Source of the DNA: Dehalococcoidia bacterium
GTDB taxonomy: Bacteria; Chloroflexota; Dehalococcoidia; Lucifugimonadales; UBA3495
Length of the DNA: 64,000 nucleotides
Direction of reading: 5' to 3'
Assembly: GCA_965237775.1 (NCBI GenBank)
Contig: OZ250155.1
Coordinates: 4,948,071-5,012,070, forward strand
Of the stretch, positions 37,825 through 47,995 are shown one piece after another (position 1 is the stretch's first letter; every line of letters starts with the position of its first letter). The notes under the pieces were generated by a model. The model was given only the letters and a program-made list of their open reading frames with translations. It did no database searches and was not told the DNA's origin. The translations under genes and the position numbers were made by a program.

Positions 37825-39036
37825 CTAGGACGTATACCGGGATTCTGCTCCCGGGTCCTTGTAAAGGTCCTGGGGCGGTTCAAGATGGTCCCTAGTCATC
37901 AAAGGCGGAGCAAGCCGAACTTCAAGCTCTTGAGTGGGGGGTTTTCCTCCGAAGCCCCATAACTGCGGTGTTCTATCGTTCTTGCCCTGCACCAAGACCT
38001 TGAAGTCTCCCAACCCGGCGGGGTCCACTAACTCCAACATTCCCCGGCGGTTGACGACGAACTCCGTCTGATCTGTGGTTACCGCCCGTAACCGCCGTAG
38101 CATCTCCTCCAAACCCAGGTTTTTCAAGAAGCTCCGTTGGTCCGTAATGTCCAGGAACTCCAGTCCGGCCCGTTGACCCAGCCGCACGACCGACGTGAAG
38201 TCGACCTGCGAGGTGATGTCCTGCCGGCCAATGCGTTGCAGAGGGCTGTCGGTTTGCACGTGCTGGTGGAAGGTGGTCAGGGTCCCACGAAAGCGTTCCT
38301 CGGGCGAGTAGAGTTCTCTGGCGCTTCGGCCATAGTCGATGGTTAACACGAAACCCCGGTCCAACGCAGCGGCTACTTCACCCGCCCAGCCCGCCAGACC
38401 TAGGTTGACCTCGCCGGTCTGGCCCTCAGCAAGGGTGATTCCCAGCTCATATAGTCTTTCCGCCAAAGCCGGAGTTGAGGGCTCGCCGGAGGTGAGGGCC
38501 AGCTTGCCGTCTTTCAGGGTTACCAGCGCCTCACGCAAGCGGCCCCCTTCCATAGTTACTTGATGCACCGGAAAGGCGTCCAGAAGCTCGTTGGAGAGGA
38601 TGCACCCCGTGACTCCCCGGAGCGGCAGCGACTCGGCGACGAGCCTGGAGGCGGAGGCCATCCCCATGTCATGCCCAGGGAAGGCCCGCCGGTCGACGCA
38701 CAGATAGCGCAGGGCGTTTTTGAAGCCGTCTGGCAGGTTCTCGGAGAAGGTCAAGATGTCCCGGCATAGGAGCCCATCGCCGCTCCCGGGCTCCAACACC
38801 GTAAACAACTCCGGCCTGTCCAGCGCGAGCCACATCTGGTATAGCTGGACCGCAATCAACGCGCCAAAGGTGGGATGGGCAAGTGGGCTCGTAAAGAAGT
38901 CCCCGGAAGCTCCTATATTTCCGCCGGAGGAATAGTAGCCCCCGTGAGGCCAATACAGCGCCACGCCCATGAACTCGGCGAACGGGATGCGGCCCTTCTC
39001 CGCGATGCGGCGGCGTATCTCGGCTTCGGCGGTCAA
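37825..39036 (-). CDS. SAM-dependent methyltransferase, MidA/NDUFAF7 (DUF185) family
   Basis: IPFAEFMGVALYWPHGGYYS..GDFFTSPLAHPTFGALIA, LEPGSGDGLL, SNELLDAFPVH. Confidence 0.8.
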   Translation of the reverse strand: MTAEAEIRRRIAEKGRIPFAEFMGVALYWPHGGYYSSGGNIGASGDFFTSPLAHPTFGALIAVQLYQMWLALDRPELFTVLEPGSGDGLLCRDILTFSENLPDGFKNALRYLCVDRRAFPGHDMGMASASRLVAESLPLRGVTGCILSNELLDAFPVHQVTMEGGRLREALVTLKDGKLALTSGEPSTPALAERLYELGITLAEGQTGEVNLGLAGWAGEVAAALDRGFVLTIDYGRSARELYSPEERFRGTLTTFHQHVQTDSPLQRIGRQDITSQVDFTSVVRLGQRAGLEFLDITDQRSFLKNLGLEEMLRRLRAVTTDQTEFVVNRRGMLELVDPAGLGDFKVLVQGKNDRTPQLWGFGGKPPTQELEVRLAPPLMTRDHLEPPQDLYKDPGAESRYTS

Positions 39037-39047
39037 CTAGACATTAT

Positions 39048-39088
39048 CCCCAAACACCGAAATCCCCAAACACCGAAATCCCCAACAA
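39048..39088. repeat. 16-bp tandem repeat, about 2.4 units
   Basis: CCCCAAACACCGAAAT x2 followed by CCCCAACAA. Confidence 0.7.
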
Positions 39089-39275
39089 CTAAAACAAGCA
39101 CTGCCAGGCATGGTCTACCGGGCGGATTCCCTGGAAAAGCGTATCGCCGTCACCCACGCCTTGGGGAGAATCCAGGGACGGTAAGAGCCCGGACTTTTTT
39201 GTTGTGGAGACAAAGTGGGACATTTTGGGACATTTGTCCTCGTTGGAGGGACCGGGATTGGGCCTCCAGCAATGA

Positions 39276-39307
39276 CCGGTGATTCCTATAGTTCGGTGAT
39301 TCCTATA
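39276..39307. repeat. 17-bp tandem repeat, 2 units
   Basis: CGGTGATTCCTATA(GTT) followed by CGGTGATTCCTATA. Confidence 0.7.
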
Positions 39308-39383
39308 TTAGGGAGGTGGCGCCGGGGTTGGGAAGGGGCTAATGTCAGCGGGGTCCTACGATTATCGGTCCAATTGTCCGAAC

Positions 39384-39420
39384 CGGGATTCACGGGATTC
39401 ACGGGATTCACGGGATTCGG
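39384..39420. repeat. 9-bp tandem repeat, about 4 units
   Basis: CGGGATTCA x3 followed by CGGGATTCGG. Confidence 0.8.
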
Positions 39421-42404
39421 ATGATTTCCCACTAATATAAATCCCAGAATCAGAGAAATCACAGTTCAGACGAACAATCGAAAGACCCTGCTGATGTCAG
39501 TCAGCGGGATGGGAGTGATGGGTCTTCCAACAGGGTCCGACGCGACATGACGGGCGGCAGGAGCAATACAGGCCAGCAGACTATCAAAAGGCCCTGAAAC
39601 TCCCACACCTGGTCTAAAGAGCAATCACGGTGTCGGTATCCCCGGCGTCAAGGGCGTTCATGTAGGCGAGGACCAGCTCGCGGGTGCGGTACTTGCCAAA
39701 GGCGGCCATATCCTCCCGGCGGACGATGGGGAAGGTGTCCATGACGTAGCCCGCGTCATCGCGGGAGAGGCCGTAGAGGTGGAAGTAAAGCGCGTCCAAC
39801 CTGGCCCGGAGGTGGCGCCGTTCCTCCTCGTTCCAGATAAAGGGCGGGCCGTCGCAGCCCATGTCCCTGGCAAAGGGGATCATGTCGTTGGCGGTGTAGG
39901 TGAGCCTAAGGACGTGGTCGCGGACGATTTCGCGGGCGGTCTTGCCCCCAAATTTCCGGTCGTAGCTTTCCTCCGCGATAACGGGTAATTGTTCGACTAT
40001 AAACCAATTCAGGTGTTGCCCTTGAACCTTCTGTCGAGCAACGAAGTCAAACACGAGCGAATTAAAACAGGCGGTCCACAACCAACCATTTCCCACGTAT
40101 TCCGACTTTGAGTCTGCGGTCGGTATCAGCACCGGCAATGTATTTCCATACACTGCGCGAGGAACGATCGCTGCAATCATAGTACGCACGTTGGTCGGAG
40201 CCGTTACGTCTTTGAATGAGATAGCCCAACCAAGGTCGAAGGGTAAAATGTAATCATTCTCGGCCACCCAGAACTGAGGTCCAGGCGACCAATCCGGATT
40301 AACATGATCCTCAATCGTAGCTTCTAGTGGACGAGCGGGACGGTTTAGGTTTTCAGGATTCACTACCACGCTCGCGGCCCTATGGTCGAACGCCTGCACC
40401 ATTTTACCTTCAAATAAGGGTAGATACAGTTCCTGTCCCTTCCTCCAGCGGTTACCGTCTACAGGATAGAAGCCCTCTGCGTCGAGTCGTAGAGCAGTAC
40501 GAAAGAGATGGGAGTCATTGGTCATATGGAACATCGTGTGGTACTTAACCGGCCAGGCTCGCCGCTCCTCCCCGCTGGACCGGTCCACCAGGATGGGATG
40601 CCTCTCGTAGATCCCAAGGGTAATTTCAGCGTCTCGGCGCGTGCGGAAAATGGGGGCTGTCACCGTGTTCGGGTTCACCCGGCTAAAGTCGTCCGAAGCC
40701 AAGGGGAAACATCGGTCAGGGTCGCTAATCGTCCGCGTGTCCTGTAGGAAGAATGCGCATTCTGTCTGCGCGAACTTGCGCTCTTCTCCACCGAGGATCA
40801 GGACGCAAAACTTGAAGCGGGAGTGGACGTCCGGGAAAAACGAAGCCAGGTTAGAAACCTGACGCCGGTTTTCAAAATCGTAAATCCCGGCCACTCGCTT
40901 ACTGCCGGTGACCGTCTTAAAGAAATTGGCGGCGGTCTTATCGGCATAGATTCCGGATGGGGTGAGAAGCCCCATCATTCCATCTGGTTTAAGCAGCCTG
41001 GTTGCCCGCTCAACAAATAATGAGTAGAGATTGATATCGCCCCCTCCCAGGAGGGGGTAATGGCCGGAGGTGCGCACCAACCGTCCCAGGGTGTCGGCAC
41101 GCGACTTGGCGGCGTCGAATTCGTCCGCCAGAGGGTCCCCGTCGTCGCGCAGCTTCCCGATAGCATTTCTCCGCGCCGCCGCTGTAGGGGCTAGGGCCAG
41201 TTCGGCGGAGCGGGTCGCGAACCACTCAACTTCCTGCAGCTTGATTCTGTCCCAGGGCGGGTTGCCGATTACAGCGTCGAAGCCGCCTTCGGGGTGATTG
41301 TCCTGCCAGCGGCGCCACACCCCGGGGAAGGCTACTTCCCAGTGAAGGAAGTTTTCCCGCCGAGCGATGTCCATCGCGCCCTGCCACATCTCGTCAAGCC
41401 GGTCCATCCGGGTGTTGGACTCGGTCGAGGCTTCACTGGTCACGCCGCCGGGACCTTTCGCCAGCAGGTCGAAGACGTTGGTCACGTCGTCTCCCAGGAT
41501 GTCGTTCAGTTCGGTCTCGTAGGCGGCAGTCTCCTTCCTGCTCATCCCCGCCTCCAGCCAGCGCACGCCGCAGAAGAAGTCCAGCACTCCCCGGAGCCGG
41601 GCGGTGGTCTGTTCCACGCCCTGGAACAACATGGACGACTCCCGCACCTCGGATATGTCGGAGTCGGACATCTCTTCGATCTCTTGCATCTGGTTGGTGG
41701 CGTTCTCCGCCGCTTGTATCGCGCCGGCGGCGAACAAGCCTCCCAACCGTTGCAGCGATTCGCGGCCTTCGATCACGCGCAGGCCGAAGAGGGAGTCGCC
41801 ACAGCGCAGGTGGTGGTCGAGAAAGGATAAGGGCGCGCCGACGGTGAAGCTGTGCAGCCACAAGGACACCTTGGCAAGCTCCACGGTGAGGGGGTTTTTG
41901 TCCACCCCGTAGATGCAACGCTTCAGCACCATGCGGCGGATGATGGCCTGGCCGGTAAGCTGGGACTCGTTTAGCACCCAGTCCGACTCCTTGGCGCGAG
42001 TACGTATCTCAGTCTTGATTGCATCTATGGACTTGACCAAGGGAGACACGTACTCGCCGTCCAGCCATCCGGGTACCGCCGGAGCGTACTCAACGAAGTT
42101 CGCGATGTAGTCTGAGAGGAAGTCCACGGCGGTAACCAGGAAATGGCCGCTGCCCATGGCCGGGTCCAGAACCTTGAGGCCGAGGACCGCTACCGCCGGG
42201 TCCAGCGCGGCCAGTTCGGCATGGCGCTCCTTGAGACTGCGGCGGTCGGACGCCAACTGCTTCGACTTCTCCTCGAAAGCGGCCAGCCGTTGTTCGGCCA
42301 AGGGGGCGATGGTCTTTTCGACAATCAGGTCAACCAGCTCCTGGGGTGTATAAAAGCTGCCGCTGTCTTTGCGGGCGTAGGGATTGGGCTGAATGGTGAT
42401 CTTG

Positions 42405-43836
42405 GTAAGTGTTCAGAGTTGAGGGGAAGTGAGCAACTGGCGGCATGCGGTGAGGGGATTCAATCCTCGGGCGCGCCAGGTACCGAAGAGGGAAGCGAGA
42501 GCCATCTTGGTGTTGGTGCCCTGGGTTGAGCGGGTGCCGCCGCTGATCTTGCGGCTGGTCACCAGGTGACGAAGGCTCCTCTCGGCGGCGTTGTTCTCCG
42601 AGGGGACGGCCGGTTCGGCTACGAATACGAACAACTCCTTGATGAAGCGCTGGATGCGCCGGCAGAGCTTGGCCTGGACTGCCCCTGGGTCATCAAGGAA
42701 GGGTCGGCAGCAGGCCAACAATTTCCGCTCCAACTCCAGTTGGGCCTGACGGCGTTTCCTTGCCTGAGGATGGGAGAACCGCTTGGCCTGGGCGTAGAGG
42801 TCATGCACTGCCGCCGCCCATCCGGCCAGCTTGGCGTCTGCTGGGTAGAGGGCCTTCAGGTCATGGATGTCCCGGAGCAGATGAGCCCAACACCGCTGCT
42901 TCAGGCCAGGGTAGTGGTTATAGGCAGCGTAGAAATCGCTGACCAACACCCCGCTGAAGGACTCCCCCAGCGCCTCGTCCACCACCTCCTTATTCCGGCC
43001 TCGGCGCAGGAAGTACCGCTCAGTGGGAGTGGAGAAGGTCCAGACATAGCCATTGGCCCCCTCCTGGCGCCAGCCGGTCTCGTCGGCGTGCACCACCTGG
43101 CTGGTCCGGACTAGTTCCAGCACCTCGGCCACCGCCGGTTGGGCTTGCCGGGCCACGCCGTGGAGGACCTGGGTGATTCCCCCAACGCTCAAGCGCAACT
43201 GGTGGACGGTCTCCAGATACCATTGGATGGTCCGAAGGGGCAACCGGCCCTCTTCCCGCAGGCCAGCGATCAATGAGACCAAGTTGGCTCCCAACCGTCC
43301 CCGACCGATTACCCCACCGCCCAAGTCCGTCTTGGGGGTCCGGCGCCGTTCACATACTGGGCAGACCCGGGTCACGAAAACGTGCTCCGTGACCTCCACC
43401 GGAGCCACTGGGATATCGATGACTTCCCGAGTCCGCTGCGGCCAACCCCCAACCAACCCGGTGCCACACTCCGGACAGGAGTCCAAGACATGTTCCACCT
43501 GGTGAGCCGCCACCGTGCGCCGACGGCTAAAGCCGTGGGGCCGGGGCTTTCTTGGCTCCTTCTTCTCGGCCGGCTCTGACTTTGCACCCGGTTTGTTGCC
43601 CGGCATTCCGGGCCGCCCTTTGCCCTTGAGACCCCCTTCCAACGCCGCTATCCGCCGCTGCAACTCGTCGATGACCGCCTGCTGCCGCGCAATCACCGCC
43701 AACAGCGCCTCCCGGCTGGCCGTCCTCAGGTCTACCTTGTTCTCCATCCTCCTGATTTAACATAACCGACGACCCGACGCACCGAACTTCCCAAGCAAGT
43801 TTTAACTAATCCATCCCCTCAACTCTGAACAGTTAC
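42405..43836 (-). mobile_element. IS66-family insertion sequence, copy 2
   Basis: 1,432 bp with the same terminal repeats as copy 1. Perfect 8-bp duplication TGATCTTG at 42397-42404 and 43837-43844. Confidence 0.9.
42413..43747 (-). CDS. IS66 family transposase
   Basis: 444-aa product identical to that of copy 1 in the ORF track. Confidence 0.9.
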   Translation of the reverse strand: MENKVDLRTASREALLAVIARQQAVIDELQRRIAALEGGLKGKGRPGMPGNKPGAKSEPAEKKEPRKPRPHGFSRRRTVAAHQVEHVLDSCPECGTGLVGGWPQRTREVIDIPVAPVEVTEHVFVTRVCPVCERRRTPKTDLGGGVIGRGRLGANLVSLIAGLREEGRLPLRTIQWYLETVHQLRLSVGGITQVLHGVARQAQPAVAEVLELVRTSQVVHADETGWRQEGANGYVWTFSTPTERYFLRRGRNKEVVDEALGESFSGVLVSDFYAAYNHYPGLKQRCWAHLLRDIHDLKALYPADAKLAGWAAAVHDLYAQAKRFSHPQARKRRQAQLELERKLLACCRPFLDDPGAVQAKLCRRIQRFIKELFVFVAEPAVPSENNAAERSLRHLVTSRKISGGTRSTQGTNTKMALASLFGTWRARGLNPLTACRQLLTSPQL

Positions 43837-45535
43837 TGATCTTGCCGTCCTGTGCCCGGACCGGCTCACGCTCCAACAGCCGCTCGTATATCGAGCCGAG
43901 TTGCTGGACGGACATGTCCCGGTAGTTCACGAAGCGGCGGCCATACCCGCCACGGCGGGTAACGCTGGTGTGACTCAGGTCATAGATGACCTTGGCTACC
44001 ACTGTGTCGGGCAGTCGGACTGTTTCCAGGACCGGGGCTGATTCAGCCGCGAACAGGCCGCCGTTGTAGGGCGGCAAGCCGATGGAAGGGTCGCCGAGGT
44101 CGATGAGGCGGAAGAGGGTGGTCAGGTGGTTGTAGTAGTTAGTAGCCACCGAGGAGAAAGTGTCTCCCCGCCCCATCCTGGCGGCGACTTCGTCACGTAC
44201 CGCCTTGCGGAGGCCATAATCATCGTAGCGGGGATCGTTGACGGGAAGGAGCCCCCTGTCCTCGGCGTAGAGGAGAAACAACAACCGGTATAGGAACACC
44301 AAAGCGGCATCCCGGATTTCGCCAAGCTCCGCAACGGAGTCCTCGGCTATAGCGTTGACCAGGTCCGGGAATACGCTCTGGAACACGACACCTGAAAGGT
44401 CCTGGGCAACCTGTTGCTCATACCTCCGGCCCTCGGCGATGGCCTCTTCCAAGAACGTGGCCGTCGCTCCGTCTTGATGTATGAAGGATTTCCGCCGGAA
44501 CAGGAGTAGAAAAGCGCGCAGGGCGGCGTCATCACCCTCTGTCAGGACCCCAGAGAGGTCCACCTCGTAGTAGCCGGTTGCCCGTGGCCGGGCGCGGTGA
44601 TCGTAAAGACGCCAAATGGTCCCGTTGGTCAGGATACCCCAGCGTATGCGGCCATCCGACACCGATTCCGCCGTGGACAGATACCTCAGAATCTGCCCGT
44701 GGGGCGTGCTGCTCTGCACTTTATCGGTTTGGTCCCGGTTATCGAGCGGAAGGCCGAAACGCTTGCTTTCCTGGACCAGCAGAGCATCCCCGTATCTCTC
44801 CTGTGAGATGCTCCTAGCCCCGGCCCGCTCCTTGGCGGCGCTGTCGGCAAACAGCAGGTGGTCGGGTATGTCTTCGTTGCGCTCCACTCCCTGTTGCGGC
44901 AGGTAATCGGTCCAGCCGAGCAGGTCGAATGCCGGGCGGACCAAGTCCTGTTCGGTGAGAGACTCGTTGGGGTCACTAAATTGCGCGAGGCGGTCTATTC
45001 GGCCGGACAGGGATTGTTTGATTTCCGCCAGCCCCGCGGGGTCTCCGACCGAGGCGCGCCATTCCGGGGTGTCCCGGATGCCCTCGCTCAGGAAATATTC
45101 TGTGAATAGTTGGCCCGGCAATTTCCTTCCCCCGGCGGCTGGATTACCTGGACTTTATTACCTGCACTTTATTTGCAAAGTGGTAGCCGTGTCAAAGGCA
45201 GGGCCTTTTACTTGTGAGTACTGCCAATCAGCGCCGCACCGGTCAAGTACATAACCCTCATTTCGGAAGCGGGGGGTCTGGGGGGATTTTCCCGGCGCCG
45301 CGCAGGACCGCCGAAGTCGTTGTGCGCCTGAAAAGAGACCCGTCCCTACGATTAGTGAGATGGAACAGGGGAAACTTTTCTTGATTCTCGTGAACTCAGA
45401 CCCGTGTAAGGGGAGTAAATCCCCCTTAATCCCCCTTTTCCGAAAGGGGGAGAATGGTCTATTGGGCAGACAATCAAGAGAGGCCGCCGTGTCAAAGGAG
45501 CAATCTTCACCGCTCACCTTGGGCGCGTTTGAGTG

Positions 45536-45710
45536 GGCCCTTCGACTCCGCTGCGCTTTGCTCAGGATGAGCGGAGGGTAATCGCGTTATCCCCCTTTGA
45601 TCTTGAAAACCTGATGATCCTTGCCCAGCGGGAGACTGGCAAAAGAGAAGGGGGCCGTTGCGGCCCCCTGGGTTTCCCTCACCCCAACCCTCTCCCAGAG
45701 GGAGAAGGGG
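45536..45710. repeat. REP-like repeats in a repeat-dense intergenic region
   Basis: GGCCCTTCGACTCCGCTGCGCTTTGCTCAGGATGAGCGGAGG (45536-45577) belongs to the family at 13188/13309. CCCTCACCCCAACCCTCTCCCAGAGGGAGAAGGGG (45677-45710) belongs to the family at 19924/34051. GCCGTGTCAAAGG occurs at about 45187 and about 45485. There is also a CCCCCTTTTCCGAAAGGGGG hairpin at about 45435. Confidence 0.65.
45641..45668 (-). terminator. rho-independent terminator of the citrate synthase gene
   Basis: On the minus strand: GGGGGCC-GCAAC-GGCCCCC stem-loop followed by TTCTCTTTT, located 44 nt after the stop codon. Confidence 0.55.
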
Positions 45711-45711
45711 G

Positions 45712-46845
45712 TTAGCCGCGCTGCTCCACGGGGACGTATTCCAGGTCCATTTCCCCTGCGTACTCCAGCAGGGGCCGGATCAGGATGTTGTCCGCGTATT
45801 GCTCGGCGCACTGGAGGGTCCATCCTGGGATGCGTCCCAGGGCAAAGATGGAGATGAACAGATCGTCGGGAATATCCAGCAGGTAGTAGATCGAACCTGC
45901 AAAGAAGTCGACGTTGACGAAGATGCCACGGGACCGGTAGCGCACCATGACCTCTTCTTCCACGTAATTGAGTATCTGGAACCAGTGGGGCTGTCCCACC
46001 TTGTCGCCCAAAGCGCGGGACCGCTCGCGCAGGTGGCGCGCCCTTGGGTCCTCCGCCTTGTATACGCGGTGTCCAAAGCCCATGATGCGGCCGCCGTTGT
46101 CCAGGATGTTCCGGCAATATTCTTCGGCGTTCTCCGGCTGGCCGATCTCAAGGGCCATCTTCATGACTTCCTCAGCCGCGCCGCCGTGGGCCGGTCCCTT
46201 GAGGACACCGACTCCGGTGACGACTGCCGAGTGAAGGTCTGAGATGGTGGAGGCGGCTACGCGCGCTCCAAAGGCGGAAGCGTTGGCGCCGTGTTCCGCG
46301 TGGAGGATGAAGTCGACATCCAGCAGGTTGGTGGTCTCCTGGTCGGGGACCTCTCCAAACAGCATGTAGAGGAAGTTCCCGGCGTGGTTAAGGTCAGGGT
46401 TGGGGGCCATCGGTTCTAGTCCCTTGCGCAGCCGGTGGTGCGCCGCCACGATGGTCGGCCCCATGGCCGTGAGCCGGATGCCCTTTCGGATGGTGGCTTC
46501 CACCGAGTTATCCTTCACTTCGTCGTCGAAGGCCGCAAGCGCGGATAGTCCCGTGCGCAGCGCATCCATGGGATGGCTGTCCTTGACCAGGTCCAACACC
46601 TGGATTACTTCGTCGGGAATGCGGCGGTTGGCCCGCAGGTGGGCGTCGAATTCGGAGAGTTGTTCCTTCGTCGGCAGGCTACCGTATAGAAGGAGGTAAA
46701 CCACCTCTTCGAAAGTAGACTTTTCCGCCAGGTCGTGGATATTATATCCACGGTACAGCAGTTTGCCTTCCAGGCCGTCGATGAAACTGGACGTGGTGGT
46801 GTCCAGGTAGACATCCTTCAGCCCCTTCTCGATCTGAGGAGCCAT
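45712..46845 (-). CDS. gltA: citrate synthase
   Basis: ATG at 46845 follows AAAGGAGGA. LLYRGYNIHDLAE, LLLYGSLP, ILHAEHGANASAF, MGFGHRVYK, GRIPGW. Confidence 0.9.
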   Translation of the reverse strand: MAPQIEKGLKDVYLDTTTSSFIDGLEGKLLYRGYNIHDLAEKSTFEEVVYLLLYGSLPTKEQLSEFDAHLRANRRIPDEVIQVLDLVKDSHPMDALRTGLSALAAFDDEVKDNSVEATIRKGIRLTAMGPTIVAAHHRLRKGLEPMAPNPDLNHAGNFLYMLFGEVPDQETTNLLDVDFILHAEHGANASAFGARVAASTISDLHSAVVTGVGVLKGPAHGGAAEEVMKMALEIGQPENAEEYCRNILDNGGRIMGFGHRVYKAEDPRARHLRERSRALGDKVGQPHWFQILNYVEEEVMVRYRSRGIFVNVDFFAGSIYYLLDIPDDLFISIFALGRIPGWTLQCAEQYADNILIRPLLEYAGEMDLEYVPVEQRG

Positions 46846-47054
46846 GAAATATCCTCCTTTGGGGTGCTCGGCCAAACTGCTCCGGGTAAGAGAAACGACG
46901 CGAGACCCGCAATTACACGCCGGTAAATGGCCATGCGCACAAGGTAAAATAAGTCTGGGAACGTCGGCGATTTTAGCATTCGACCAATTGAGTGTCAAGC
47001 CAATCCAAGGCGGGGAGACGGGGCCGCCACCCTTTGCCGTAAGATAGGAAGCCT

Positions 47055-47975
47055 ATGCAGTGCGGATTGATTCTACCCAATCTGGGGAGTCTGGCCAATC
47101 CATCAACCATTACGAGTTTGGCCCTTCGCGCCGAAGAACTCGGGTTCGACGGGGTGTTTGCCAGCGACCATCTCGCGTTACCCACCACGCCGGGCTCCCG
47201 TTACCCTTACCGGTCCGACGGCACGTTCCCGTTGCGGCCCGACGAGGACCTGCTGGAACCGGTGACAACCCTGGCCTACCTGGCGGCGATTACGACGCGG
47301 ATCAAGCTGGGTTTTAGCGTGTTGGTGCTCCCTTACCGCCATGCCGTGCTCAACGCCAAGATGCTCTCCACTCTTGACGTTTATTCAGGGGGCAGGCTGA
47401 TCGTAGGTGTGGGAGTGGGCTGGATGAAGGAGGAGTTCGAGGTATTGGACTCCGACTACGACAACCGGGGTCAGGTTACGGACGAACATATCCGGGTGCT
47501 ACAGGCGCTATGGAGAAGAGACGAGCCGGAATTTGCGGGCACCTATTACCGTTTCACGGGGATGACTATGTATCCGAAGCCGGCCCAAAAGCCCCATCCC
47601 CCCATCTGGACCGGGGGCATCTCCCGCAGGGCGCTGCGCCGGGCCGCGCAGTTGAGCGACGGTTGGCACGGCGTGAGAATGACACCCCAAGAGATCGAAA
47701 AAGTAGGTGGGCAGCTTCAAGAGCTACGGTCCGAGACTGGCCGGGGCTCCCTCCAGTTCGACGTCTCCCTGCGCACCGGGTTGGACCTCACCAACTCCGC
47801 CCTGCCTCAGAACCGCCTTCCCATGAGAGGTTCCCCGGAGCAGGTCGCCGAAGACGTAATCCACTACCGGGAAGCGGGCCTGACCTACCTGGTCCTGGAG
47901 CCAAGGGCACGGGACGAATCGGAATTCCTGGGACAGATGGAGCGGTTCGCAGAAAAGGTCCGGCCCTTACTGTAG
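47055..47975 (+). CDS. LLM-class F420-dependent-type oxidoreductase
   Basis: GFDGVFASDHLALP, LGFSVLVLPYRH, GGRLIVGVGVGWMKEEFEVL, DNRGQVTDEHIRVL. Confidence 0.8.
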   Translation: MQCGLILPNLGSLANPSTITSLALRAEELGFDGVFASDHLALPTTPGSRYPYRSDGTFPLRPDEDLLEPVTTLAYLAAITTRIKLGFSVLVLPYRHAVLNAKMLSTLDVYSGGRLIVGVGVGWMKEEFEVLDSDYDNRGQVTDEHIRVLQALWRRDEPEFAGTYYRFTGMTMYPKPAQKPHPPIWTGGISRRALRRAAQLSDGWHGVRMTPQEIEKVGGQLQELRSETGRGSLQFDVSLRTGLDLTNSALPQNRLPMRGSPEQVAEDVIHYREAGLTYLVLEPRARDESEFLGQMERFAEKVRPLL

Positions 47976-47995
47976 CGACCGGCACGTCTGTTGTC

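Larger units (their letters stand above)
39614..45121 (-). pseudogene. type IIG-like single-chain restriction-modification enzyme (PD-(D/E)xK nuclease + gamma-class N6-adenine methyltransferase + C-terminal specificity region), split by IS66-family copy 2
   Basis: The N-part is 43837-45121 (GDALLVQESK = D..ExK; LLFLLYAEDRGLLP). The C-part is 39614-42396 (GSFYTP, LDPAMGSGHFL, VIGNPPWDRIKL, LYGLSRDDAGYVMDTFPI). Removing the IS and one duplication copy gives 1285 + 2783 = 4068 nt, which is 1,356 codons in one frame. The junction reads ..RAQDGKI/TIQPNPYARKDSGSFYTPQELV... Confidence 0.75.

Noticed and set aside
39384-39420. Possible CRISPR-like array (regularly repeated GGGATTCAC units).
   Set aside because: The period is only 9 bp with no spacers. 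It is a simple tandem repeat, and no cas genes are nearby.
42566-43114. 182-aa ORF conserved in all three IS66 copies on the strand opposite the transposase (also 5152-5700 and 51439-51987).
   Set aside because: It lies entirely antisense within the transposase ORF and has no recognisable family. Its conservation is explained by the near-identity of the IS copies.
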